Shown: positions 50,434 through 59,742 of the stretch, piece by piece | Position numbering within the stretch: position 1 is the stretch's first letter | Layout: the number at the start of each line of letters is the position of its first letter | Assembly: GCA_031285625.1 (NCBI GenBank) | Contig: JAITVV010000011.1 | Location: 21,644-85,643, forward strand | DNA length: 64,000 nucleotides | Direction of reading: 5' to 3' | Origin: Prevotella sp. | GTDB taxonomy: Bacteria > Bacteroidota > Bacteroidia > Bacteroidales > Dysgonomonadaceae | Notes under the pieces: generated by a model | The model's input: the letters and a program-made list of their open reading frames with translations, nothing else | Database searches by the model: none | Told to the model about the DNA's origin: nothing | Program-made: the position numbers and the translations under genes

Positions 50434-51108
50434 ATGATCAAAACTTATCCGGCAAACTCCCCACTGCCTGCCTTAAATAAAATAGACTCCCTGATATGGG
50501 ACTGGAATGGTACACTTCTTGATGATGTGGATGTAAACCTTAAAGTTATAAATAAAATTCTCTCCATAAGAGAACTAAAGCCCTTATATTTAGACAAGTA
50601 TAAAGATTCATTTTGCTTTCCGGTACAATTATTTCACCGTTCGATAGGATTAGATTTTGAAAAAGAATCCATTGAAGATATCTCCGCTGAATATCACATA
50701 ACATATAAATTGTATGAAAACAGCATCAAACTAAATGCCAACACCACTTTTGTATTGGATGCAATTCAGAATATGGGAATCAGACAATATATTCTATCTG
50801 CATCGATGAAAGATGATTTAATGAAAATGCTTCATTATTATAATCTAACAGATAAATTCACCGGAATATATGGAGCAGGCGATATTTGTGCAACAGGCAA
50901 AGTTGATATTGGAAAACAAATGATGCTGGATCACTCTTTAAATCCTAATAACACACTAATCATAGGTGATACACTACATGATGCAGAAGTAGCCAGGTCT
51001 TTAGGTGTACATCATTTATTATATTCAGGAGGTCATAACAGTTACGATCTATTAATAAAAAAGTCAAGGGTAATTACAAGTTTGAAAGAAATATTATCAC
51101 TTAGCTAA
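50434..51108 (+). CDS. HAD-family hydrolase
   Basis: WDWNGTL, ILSAS, IGDTLHD. Confidence 0.85.
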   Translation: MIKTYPANSPLPALNKIDSLIWDWNGTLLDDVDVNLKVINKILSIRELKPLYLDKYKDSFCFPVQLFHRSIGLDFEKESIEDISAEYHITYKLYENSIKLNANTTFVLDAIQNMGIRQYILSASMKDDLMKMLHYYNLTDKFTGIYGAGDICATGKVDIGKQMMLDHSLNPNNTLIIGDTLHDAEVARSLGVHHLLYSGGHNSYDLLIKKSRVITSLKEILSLS

Positions 51109-51126
51109 GATCGGAGTTATAATAAA

Positions 51127-51164
51127 AATGACTATTTTGGACAACAATATCCAAAATAGTCATT
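51127..51164. promoter_or_regulatory. 15-bp perfect inverted repeat overlapping the promoter of the AraC-Fpg-GyrI operon (operator or terminator)
   Basis: aatgactattttgga-N8-tccaaaatagtcatt, abutting TATATTTG at 51166-51173. Confidence 0.6.
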
Positions 51165-51179
51165 ATATATTTGTACATC

Positions 51180-52319
51180 ATGGATAATACAATAAATAGT
51201 CAATATTGCCAAAGTTGTGGAATGCCCCTGCGTTTTGATGTGGAAGAGTATCTCGGAACTAATACAGACCATTCTCAAAGTGATGAATTTTGCTATTACT
51301 GTCTGAAGGATGGAGAATACACTGTTGACATCCCTATGGAAGAGATGATAGATATCTGGATAAAATATACTGATAAATATAACGAATACTCTTCTACGAA
51401 TTATACTTCTCAGGAATTAAGAACTCTTCTGAACAAACGTCTTCCAACCCTGAAACGTTGGAGAAACAAGACCGCAACCCATGATATCCACTACGAAACA
51501 ATAAATAGAATAAAAGAGTACATTGATAAAAATCTATATAAAGAAATAAATGTCACTGAATTGTCTCAGATAGCTAACCTCTCTGTTTTTCATTTCAGAC
51601 GAATTTTCAAGGAGATTACAGGAGAGAATGTGGGAGCCTACACACAGCGAATTCGCCTCCAGGAAATTGCCCATATATTGATCTCTACAAATTATCCTAT
51701 CAGTGATATATTACAAAAAACAGCTTATCAAACAAAATTTAGTTTAGCCAAAGCATTTAAGAAGCACTATGGCATACCTATGTCGTTGTACAGAGAACGT
51801 TATAAGTATATTTCTGATAAAGAAATAGCCATGAAAACAATGTGGTGTCCGGAAATAAAAAAACTAAAACCACAAAAAGTTATTTGCTCACCATTAGATA
51901 ATATTCAAGGAAATAAAGAGAAATATATAGCATCTTGGCGAGAAATAATTCATTATAAAAAGAAACACATTAAAGAAGAAGAAAATAACAGGTTTATCAG
52001 TATCAGCATGGACAATCCGTTGGTTGCCCCCAATAATCAACGCCGCTTTTACATAGGCATAACCACAACTAAAGATATATGTCCAAAAGGGAAATTCTTC
52101 TTGCAGGAAATTCATGGAGGGCTCTATGCTATTTTCAGGTACAAAGGTAATTATGCATTATTGCCTGAGCTATACCGCTTTATTTCGGAAAAGTGGCTTC
52201 CTGAAAACAATTATTTCCAAAAACAACCTATGAGTTTTGAGGTATACCTAAATTCTCCCAGAGATACTGAGATTTCAGAGCTATTAACCGAAGTATATAT
52301 CCCAATCGAAAAACAATAA
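51180..52319 (+). CDS. Zinc-ribbon + AraC HTH + GyrI-like effector domain regulator
   Basis: YCQSCGMPL...FCYYC; SVFHFRRIFK, AFKKHYG; GGLYAIFRYKG...KWLP...FEVYLNSP...TEVYIPI. Confidence 0.88.
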   Translation: MDNTINSQYCQSCGMPLRFDVEEYLGTNTDHSQSDEFCYYCLKDGEYTVDIPMEEMIDIWIKYTDKYNEYSSTNYTSQELRTLLNKRLPTLKRWRNKTATHDIHYETINRIKEYIDKNLYKEINVTELSQIANLSVFHFRRIFKEITGENVGAYTQRIRLQEIAHILISTNYPISDILQKTAYQTKFSLAKAFKKHYGIPMSLYRERYKYISDKEIAMKTMWCPEIKKLKPQKVICSPLDNIQGNKEKYIASWREIIHYKKKHIKEEENNRFISISMDNPLVAPNNQRRFYIGITTTKDICPKGKFFLQEIHGGLYAIFRYKGNYALLPELYRFISEKWLPENNYFQKQPMSFEVYLNSPRDTEISELLTEVYIPIEKQ

Positions 52320-52331
52320 AAAAGAATTATT

Positions 52332-53156
52332 ATGTTGGAATTACCCGAAGTCGTAACACTCGCAAAACAAGCAAATGAAACATTAAAGGGCAAAAAAATA
52401 GCCCAGGTATTTAATGCTACAAAAGTTCATAAGTTTACATTCTATAATAGTGATCCGTTGGAATATGGTAAACTGTTGACCGGAAAAGTAATAAAATCTG
52501 CCAAGGGCTATGGCATGTTTGTAGATTTATTCCTCGATGATAATACCATTATAAGTATTGGTGACGGGGTTAGCCCACATTACTATAATGCAGGAGAGAA
52601 AATCCCTGACAATTACCAATTGCTGATTGCTTTTGAAGATGAATCTTTTCTTGTTTTTACTGTTGCAATGTATGGTTTCATTAATGTTTATTCTGATGGT
52701 ATTATTGAAAATGAATACCATATATTAAGTGAGAATAGTATATCACCCTTAGATGACAGGTATACGAAAGAGCAGTTTTTCAAACTATTTTCAGAGACAA
52801 AAAAGAATCTGACTGCCAAAGCTATATTGGCAACCGGGCAACGTATTCCCGGTGTTGGAAACGGAGTATTACAGGATATATTATTCAATGCTAAAATTCA
52901 CCCGAAACGGAAAATATCTACTCTATCGGATAATGAGAAACTGAATTTATACCATTCGTTGAAGAATACATTACAGGAAATAGCTTCAAAAAAAGGACGG
53001 GACACACAAAAAGATCTTTATGGCGATGCCGGAGATTACAAAACAATTCTCTCTGCTAAAACGTGGAAACAACCTTGTCCGATTTGTAATGGAGTAATTA
53101 TCAAAGAATCCTTTATGGGTGGAACTATTTATTTTTGCCCGACTTGTCAAAAATAA
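52332..53156 (+). CDS. Atypical Fpg/Nei-family DNA glycosylase (endonuclease VIII-like)
   Basis: MLELPEV N-terminus, H2TH PGVGNGVLQDILFNAKIHP, zinc finger CPIC...CPTCQ. Confidence 0.85.
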   Translation: MLELPEVVTLAKQANETLKGKKIAQVFNATKVHKFTFYNSDPLEYGKLLTGKVIKSAKGYGMFVDLFLDDNTIISIGDGVSPHYYNAGEKIPDNYQLLIAFEDESFLVFTVAMYGFINVYSDGIIENEYHILSENSISPLDDRYTKEQFFKLFSETKKNLTAKAILATGQRIPGVGNGVLQDILFNAKIHPKRKISTLSDNEKLNLYHSLKNTLQEIASKKGRDTQKDLYGDAGDYKTILSAKTWKQPCPICNGVIIKESFMGGTIYFCPTCQK

Positions 53157-53183
53157 TATTGAATTATTATAAAAATATTTGTT

Positions 53184-53654
53184 ATGGCTAGAATTACAGA
53201 AATAATGCTGTTGGAACAAGCAGAACATACCGCCTTGGTTATAGAAAGACAAGGTAGTATGAGCACATTCAGTCAGTTGATAGGAGAAGGTTTCCTGAAA
53301 ATAGGTACCTATCTGAATGAATTAAACAAAGCACCCTGCGATATTCCTTTTGTCGAATATCCTGCTTATAATGAAATGACTGAAGAAAATATACGGATGG
53401 TCATTGGCTTTAATACCACAAAATCACTCCCTGCAAAAAATGATATTCAAAGTATCATCATTCCGGAAAGAAGGATAGTTGTTTGTCTCCATAAAGGTTC
53501 GTATGATGAACTTGCCAACCTCTATAACGAAATGGCTGAATGGATAAAAGAACAAGGTTATACACCAAGTGGAACTAGTATAGAACATTATTATACAGGC
53601 CCTGAGGTTCCTGAATCAGAACAGATCACCAGAATTGTTATGCCCTTAGAATAA
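53184..53654 (+). CDS. Stand-alone GyrI-like small-molecule-binding protein
   Basis: CLHKGSYDEL..LYNEMAEWIKEQGY, EHYYTGP, TRIVMP. Confidence 0.85.
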   Translation: MARITEIMLLEQAEHTALVIERQGSMSTFSQLIGEGFLKIGTYLNELNKAPCDIPFVEYPAYNEMTEENIRMVIGFNTTKSLPAKNDIQSIIIPERRIVVCLHKGSYDELANLYNEMAEWIKEQGYTPSGTSIEHYYTGPEVPESEQITRIVMPLE

Positions 53655-53688
53655 TATTTCTATATAAGAAGTCTGTTAGATATAATAG

Positions 53689-53716
53689 AAAACGCGGCTA
53701 TAATAACCGCGTTTTT
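53689..53716. terminator. Bidirectional terminator
   Basis: aaaacgcgg...ccgcgttttt. Confidence 0.75.
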
Positions 53717-53730
53717 GAATATTAATATAA

Positions 53731-54984
53731 TTATATCTTACGCAGTGGTTGCCACTCAAGATAAGTACCTGATCTCCACAGCCATTCGAGTGGGCCATAC
53801 CGAAAATATTTCAGCCAATATTTACTTATTATAATTTGTATAATATATATTATCAGCCCTAATACAAAGACTTCTGTTGTACCCCAACCTCCAAAGATTG
53901 AGCCGAATCCCCACATTGAAAATATAATAGACCCTACTACTCCTTGCATTTCGTAATTTGTTAAACCCATACGCCCATAAGGTGTTAATACATCCAGATA
54001 TTTTCCAACAGATCTGATTTGATAAAGTACAATAAAGCCCATAGCCAAAACTCCCGAAAACACGATGATCTGAATATCATTTAAAGCTGTGACGGCCAGC
54101 ATAGCAAATGATATATCAAAGTCCGGCATCATAAGCATTCTGAAATTAAGTGGCTCTTGCGGAATCACATTAAGTATAAGACTAATCACTAAAGCCAGAA
54201 GTGCAAAACCAATAAAAAGAATAACATTTCTTTTCTGTGTGGTCTGGACACCTTCAAAAAAACGTAAGCGACCAACAACCAGGCCCATTATAAAAAGCGC
54301 CATTGTAATATATCCACGCCCGTACATTCCAAACTGATATCTTAGTTTCCCTTGCAATCCGGTAGTTAAGTTGGCTTTAGCCGATTCAAAATATGAAGGC
54401 TTTTCCATATTCGGATTTGGAGGCATATTTCTATTTGGTCGTTCAGGTGTATTTTGTTGCTGTGCATCTGTTTGTTCTGTTTTCACAACCTTATCGTAGC
54501 ATGCCATTATAACACGGGGAGTTCCCAATATTAAAAGACTGGCAATAATGATCAGTATCCAGTTTTTCAATGGAAAAAGAAAAACCATCAATACTCCAAA
54601 TACAGCATATATACACAAAATATCAGCTGTAAAAAAACTATTACCTATTATACCAATGACAAAGAGTATAGTCATACGCCACAAAAAACGTTTACGAAAA
54701 TCAATTCCTTTTCTTGCGGCTCTATCCATTTGTATAAAAAAACTCAGTCCAAATAAGAAAGCAAAAATATTGATAAACCGCCCCATTATCACATTCTGGG
54801 AAAGCCATTGGATAGCTTCATCCAAAACCGGGAATTGTGCTTCAGGCCTCATACCTGAGTATATACCAAAATGTTGTAGCGCATGCATAAGTATTACTCC
54901 CAATAGAGCAAAGCCTCTTAAAGCATCTATTACTGTTATTCTTCTACTTGTAGTTTCTTCGTTAGTTAAATTCACTGTTTGCAT
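53731..54984 (-). CDS. DUF418 (YeiB-like) membrane protein
   Basis: RITVIDALRGFALLG, FAFLFGLSF, GRMGLTNY, GPLEWLWR. Confidence 0.88.
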   Translation of the reverse strand: MQTVNLTNEETTSRRITVIDALRGFALLGVILMHALQHFGIYSGMRPEAQFPVLDEAIQWLSQNVIMGRFINIFAFLFGLSFFIQMDRAARKGIDFRKRFLWRMTILFVIGIIGNSFFTADILCIYAVFGVLMVFLFPLKNWILIIIASLLILGTPRVIMACYDKVVKTEQTDAQQQNTPERPNRNMPPNPNMEKPSYFESAKANLTTGLQGKLRYQFGMYGRGYITMALFIMGLVVGRLRFFEGVQTTQKRNVILFIGFALLALVISLILNVIPQEPLNFRMLMMPDFDISFAMLAVTALNDIQIIVFSGVLAMGFIVLYQIRSVGKYLDVLTPYGRMGLTNYEMQGVVGSIIFSMWGFGSIFGGWGTTEVFVLGLIIYIIQIIISKYWLKYFRYGPLEWLWRSGTYLEWQPLRKI

Positions 54985-55177
54985 AATGAGTGTATATTAT
55001 TTTCAATTTAATTATTCGACCTGAATATTAACTCTACTACAAAGATTGAATAAATACAAATTACTTATATTGCATTATAGATCAACACGAAAAGATCAAT
55101 TCTTAAAGCGAATAAGAATAAATAAATCCTTTCATCTGATGACAAAAGGATTCCCGTTTATATAATAAATTGATAAC

Positions 55178-55927
55178 TTATTTACTCACCCATGCTTTAA
55201 AATCTGCCGCCTTATTCTTGCTGATATAAATACGCTCAGGCACATCTATATCAAGTGTAATAAGCAAACGATTATCAAACCAAATAGTTATATTCTTAAC
55301 ACTGTCTCTGGCAATAATATATTGTTTGTTTGCACGGTAAAAATTTGCGGGATCTAAAGATGAAAAAATCTGTTCTAATGTTTTAGAATAAGGATAGGAT
55401 TTGCCATCCCTTAAATAAACCTGTGTACTTTTATCCGTTGTATAAAAATAAGAAACATCACGCAAATCAATTGGAAGTAGTTTATCTTTCACCGGCAGTA
55501 ATAATTTGTTATTATAACGAGGTTGTGGTGCCAGTTGTGGTAATCGAGAAAGATATTCAAGAATATCTTTTCGCGTCCATCTACTAAATTTATGTAATGC
55601 CCGCTCCAATTCCTCTGATTTAATGGGTTTTAGTAAATAATCTACACTATTCAGTTTAAATGCATCAATTGCATACTCATCATAAGCCGTGGTAAAAATA
55701 ATAGGGGTTTCTACCTCTATACTTTCAAATATAAGGAAAGAGGAACCATCGGAAAGATGAATATCCATAAATATAATATCAGGTTCCGGATTATTATGTA
55801 ACCAATGAATAGTTTGACTGACACTCTCTGTATTTCCAACAACCTGTATAGCCGGATCAATATCTTTTAGGATATCAACTAAGCTTTCATATGCTGCTGT
55901 TTCATCTTCAACAATTAATACCTTCAT
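55178..55927 (-). CDS. LytTR-family response regulator
   Basis: IVEDE, FMDIHLSDG, FTTAYD, YLLKP, FYRANKQYII. Confidence 0.92.
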   Translation of the reverse strand: MKVLIVEDETAAYESLVDILKDIDPAIQVVGNTESVSQTIHWLHNNPEPDIIFMDIHLSDGSSFLIFESIEVETPIIFTTAYDEYAIDAFKLNSVDYLLKPIKSEELERALHKFSRWTRKDILEYLSRLPQLAPQPRYNNKLLLPVKDKLLPIDLRDVSYFYTTDKSTQVYLRDGKSYPYSKTLEQIFSSLDPANFYRANKQYIIARDSVKNITIWFDNRLLITLDIDVPERIYISKNKAADFKAWVSK

Positions 55928-55933
55928 AGTAAG

Positions 55934-56947
55934 CTATTTTAACGGTAAATAAACAAAGAATGTAACCCCATCGTTCTCAGTTCTAATCTGCTTATTCATC
56001 AATAGAGAAAAACGGTTCTCCAAATTTCTTAAACCTGTTCCATTGGTCACCGGTGTAGATAATTTAGGATATATAGGATTGGTAACAACCAATTCTTCTT
56101 TCTCATTCATATAGATAGATATAATCATCTTATGATCGCTGTCAATCATATTATGGACAACAATATTATCAAGAAGTGGAAGAACAGACAAAACAGGTAA
56201 TTTATATGATAGTGCATTCTTATCTACTTTTATATGATATTCAAGTTTATTAGCAAAACGAACTTCCATCATATAGCGGAATGCATCTACAAATTCTAAT
56301 TCCTCTTCTAATGTTACAAGTCCCTTTTTATCACTCTGCAAAATATAACGGAATACATCTGATAAATTATTAACATAGATAAGCGTAACATTATCATCTT
56401 TTTTTCTGATCAATGATGTCAGACCATTTAAAGAATTGAAAAAGAAATGTGGATTAATCTGATTTGTTAATGCATCATAACGGCTCTGCAGATTTTCAAC
56501 TTTAAGCTGTTCTATCTCTCGTTCTTTCGCCTTCTGCTCTTTATATAAAAGAAAAATATATCCTATAAGAGTGGAAAGAATGCATATAATAACAAATTGA
56601 AATAAAATTAAACTACCCAGATGGCGTACCTTTGAGTGTAAGAAAAAAGAGATTCCACCATAAATAATAAAAGCAGCAGTACTGATCAGTATATTATACC
56701 ATAAACGTTTTTTAAAAGAAAAAGTCTTTATTTTTTGTAAATTGACTTTTACTAGTAGGAAAATGAGGGCTGTATAAAAGATACAACGAAAAATAAAGAA
56801 CATTATAAAACATGTTCGCTGAGGTCCTTCATGAAAATCGAGTTCCCAAGGCAACCATGTTATTTCAGGATATATGACAAATAAAGCACATATCAGGCTT
56901 ATAAAAGGTAATCTATTAGAGCTATATATTCCCAGTATATTTTTCAT
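55934..56947 (-). CDS. LytS-type sensor histidine kinase
   Basis: N-terminal TMs; QINPHFFFNSLN, TLEEEL, GTGLRNL. Confidence 0.9.
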   Translation of the reverse strand: MKNILGIYSSNRLPFISLICALFVIYPEITWLPWELDFHEGPQRTCFIMFFIFRCIFYTALIFLLVKVNLQKIKTFSFKKRLWYNILISTAAFIIYGGISFFLHSKVRHLGSLILFQFVIICILSTLIGYIFLLYKEQKAKEREIEQLKVENLQSRYDALTNQINPHFFFNSLNGLTSLIRKKDDNVTLIYVNNLSDVFRYILQSDKKGLVTLEEELEFVDAFRYMMEVRFANKLEYHIKVDKNALSYKLPVLSVLPLLDNIVVHNMIDSDHKMIISIYMNEKEELVVTNPIYPKLSTPVTNGTGLRNLENRFSLLMNKQIRTENDGVTFFVYLPLK

Positions 56948-57059
56948 TCTTTATTTATCTTTCGCTACAATATACGAAAATAGATATTTCCGCCATTAGA
57001 TTATGAAAGAATTTAATCAAAACGAAAAAAAGGATATTAAGACGAAAAAAGTTGATGAT

Positions 57060-59123
57060 TCATTCAAAAGAGACGAATTCACTCAGTTTACCGTAATAAG
57101 TAAGACTTAATCCATGTAATGCTCTTGTTACAGCTACATATAGCATGCTTTTATCTATTTCTGAATGATAGTTTTTGTTATTAACCTGTGGTACAATCAC
57201 TTCATCAAACTCCAGTCCCTTTGCCATATGTGCAGATGTAATAATAATGCCTTGTATAAAGGCTGAACTTTGGCTTGATAGGAAATACACTTCATTAATA
57301 TATGTTTTCAGCCTTTCCGATAATTCCTTTGCCTGTAACTCGCTTTTACATATAATACCTAGTGATTTGTATGGGGATTTTTTGAATTTAGAAATCAAGT
57401 CAACTATACAGGAGACTTCCTCATCTTCGTTTTTAAATTTCAGTATCTGTGGCTGTTCCCCATGCCTTGCAATGGGTTCTAATTCATTATTTTTTCTTAT
57501 TTTTTGTGCAAAATCAGTTATCTCAAACGTTGAGCGATAACTTTTGCACATTTTCATCACATCCCCTGTTATAAATGTTTTCTGAATCATATCAGCTGTA
57601 GATGATCCGTAAGGATTGACAGATTGGTTGGCATCCCCCAAAATCGTTTTCCGGCAAGAATAAAGTTTTTGAATTACCTTATACTGAACAGGAGAATAAT
57701 CCTGCATCTCATCAATAAGCAAGTGCTTCACACTATTCGTATTATTCCCCTCCAGAGCTATATGAAGATACGTTATTGGAGCTAAATCAGCGTATTCCAG
57801 CATTCGGTTCTTCCGCATTTTAAACATATCAGGTTTGCCCAACCATTCATAGAAGTCTTTATAAAGCTGAATATCATTATTTCCCGCAAACATTTTCTTT
57901 ATCTCCTTTTTGAGGCTATTTCGCTCAGCAGTAGTAACCGTTATTTTATATTGAATTTCAGCCATATTCAAAATATAATCAGTCATTACTTCAAACCGCC
58001 GACGCATAGGATAGCGATTAAATCTACGGAATTGTTCATCAATAAAATCTCCGGGAATAGTAAAGAACCTTGTTAATTTAACATCTGTGGCTTTAAAATA
58101 TGTGTTTTCTACATGAAGGATAAAACGGTCAAGCTGTGCAATAAAATCAAAAGTTGCTTTATATTCAATCCGCTTGATAAAAGCCGATGAGGGTTTGTCC
58201 AGCAATTCATTCACCTGTTCGAAAAAAGTTTGAAATTTGTTTTTATTATCGAGTATTCCCGATAGTATCAGCTCCATACTTGTTTCAGGAACAGTATCTT
58301 CCCCTAGTTCGGGCAATACATTGGAGATATAATCAGCAAAAACTTTGTTAGGTGAAATAATAAGTATGTCCTCAGATGAAATACTCCCCTTCATAGCATA
58401 TAATAGATAGGCAATACGATGTAAGGCTATAGAAGTTTTTCCTGAACCTGCTACTCCCTGTATAATGAGCACCTGCGCCTCGTCGTTACGAATAATCCGG
58501 TTTTGTTCTCTCTGGATGGTTGCCACTATATTCCTCATTCTATCATCAGCACTGGTACTAAGCTCTTTTTGTAAAATATCATCATGTACGGTTATAGAGC
58601 TTTCAATCATAAATTCCATTCTACCCTTACGAATACGATACTGACGCTTCAATGAAATGTCTCCCCTGATTTCATCAGTAGGGGAATTATAGGAAGCTTC
58701 ACCAAGTTCATAGTCATAGAACATGCCTGAGATTGGAGCTCGCCAGTCATATATGAGATTCATCTTATTGATAGCATCATAGAATGTATGTATACCAATA
58801 TAAATGGGAATTGCTTTGAATTTTCCATTCTTCTCTTTAAAATCAATTCTTCCGAAATAGGGAATATCCAATATTTTCCCTAACCGTTTACGTTTATTTA
58901 TAACATTCTCTCCAACTGCAAAATGGTTAAGAATACTCTCTCTCATCGAACGTATTTCATGTGGATCGATATCTTTACTTGACCACAGGTAATCTTTATA
59001 TTCCTGCAATGTATCTACATGCTCTTTCACTGATACATCTGTTTGATTAATTGTACTCTTAATAAGGTCTATAATCTTTTGTAAATATCCTCTTTCCTGT
59101 TCTTCGGTTTTATTAAATATCAT
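57060..59123 (-). CDS. HelD-like SF1 ATPase (RNA polymerase recycling factor family)
   Basis: PYFGRIDF, DWRAP, IVATIQREQN, QGVAGSGKTSIALHRIAYL, IDEMQD, AKGLEFD, YVAVTRA. Confidence 0.85.
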   Translation of the reverse strand: MIFNKTEEQERGYLQKIIDLIKSTINQTDVSVKEHVDTLQEYKDYLWSSKDIDPHEIRSMRESILNHFAVGENVINKRKRLGKILDIPYFGRIDFKEKNGKFKAIPIYIGIHTFYDAINKMNLIYDWRAPISGMFYDYELGEASYNSPTDEIRGDISLKRQYRIRKGRMEFMIESSITVHDDILQKELSTSADDRMRNIVATIQREQNRIIRNDEAQVLIIQGVAGSGKTSIALHRIAYLLYAMKGSISSEDILIISPNKVFADYISNVLPELGEDTVPETSMELILSGILDNKNKFQTFFEQVNELLDKPSSAFIKRIEYKATFDFIAQLDRFILHVENTYFKATDVKLTRFFTIPGDFIDEQFRRFNRYPMRRRFEVMTDYILNMAEIQYKITVTTAERNSLKKEIKKMFAGNNDIQLYKDFYEWLGKPDMFKMRKNRMLEYADLAPITYLHIALEGNNTNSVKHLLIDEMQDYSPVQYKVIQKLYSCRKTILGDANQSVNPYGSSTADMIQKTFITGDVMKMCKSYRSTFEITDFAQKIRKNNELEPIARHGEQPQILKFKNEDEEVSCIVDLISKFKKSPYKSLGIICKSELQAKELSERLKTYINEVYFLSSQSSAFIQGIIITSAHMAKGLEFDEVIVPQVNNKNYHSEIDKSMLYVAVTRALHGLSLTYYGKLSEFVSFE

Positions 59124-59266
59124 AAAGCATTAAAAATTTGAGAAAAGACAAAAGTAGAATTCCAACTCAAAAAAGGATTGTAAAATTAGGACATTATTTG
59201 TGTGTCATAAATAGCTAATTATAGCTATTAAGTATGTATTTTTACGTTCAATAAAAGCATAAGAAT

Positions 59267-59737
59267 ATGACTGATATCACTATATTGCAAGCTAATCTGG
59301 AAGATTTGACTGAAATACTTCAACTCCAGAAACAGGCATTCAAAACTGAAGCTGAATTGCATGGAAATTATGATATAGAACCTCTAAAACAAACCTATGA
59401 TTCGATCTTGTCAGATTTCAGCACGCATTCATTTCTAAAAGGGATATATGAAAATAAGATTATCGGATCGATAAAGTACAGATCGGTAAACGATGCAACA
59501 TGGGTGGGAAAACTCATAGTAAGCCCCGACTTCAGGAGGCAAGGGCTTGGAAAAAGGTTGCTCCTGGAAGTTGAGAAAATCAATCCGGAAGCAAACAAGT
59601 TCCAGCTATTCACTGCCGCTTCAAGTATTCAGAATATAAGGTTATATGAGTCTATTGGATATAAGGTTTGTAATAAATACAAAGACGAAGCCCAGGCAGG
59701 CTTGGAGATGGTAGAAATGATCAAAATCATTAAATGA
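59267..59737 (+). CDS. GNAT N-acetyltransferase
   Basis: VSPDFRRQGLGKRLL, NIRLYESIGY. Confidence 0.88.
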   Translation: MTDITILQANLEDLTEILQLQKQAFKTEAELHGNYDIEPLKQTYDSILSDFSTHSFLKGIYENKIIGSIKYRSVNDATWVGKLIVSPDFRRQGLGKRLLLEVEKINPEANKFQLFTAASSIQNIRLYESIGYKVCNKYKDEAQAGLEMVEMIKIIK

Positions 59738-59742
59738 ATATT

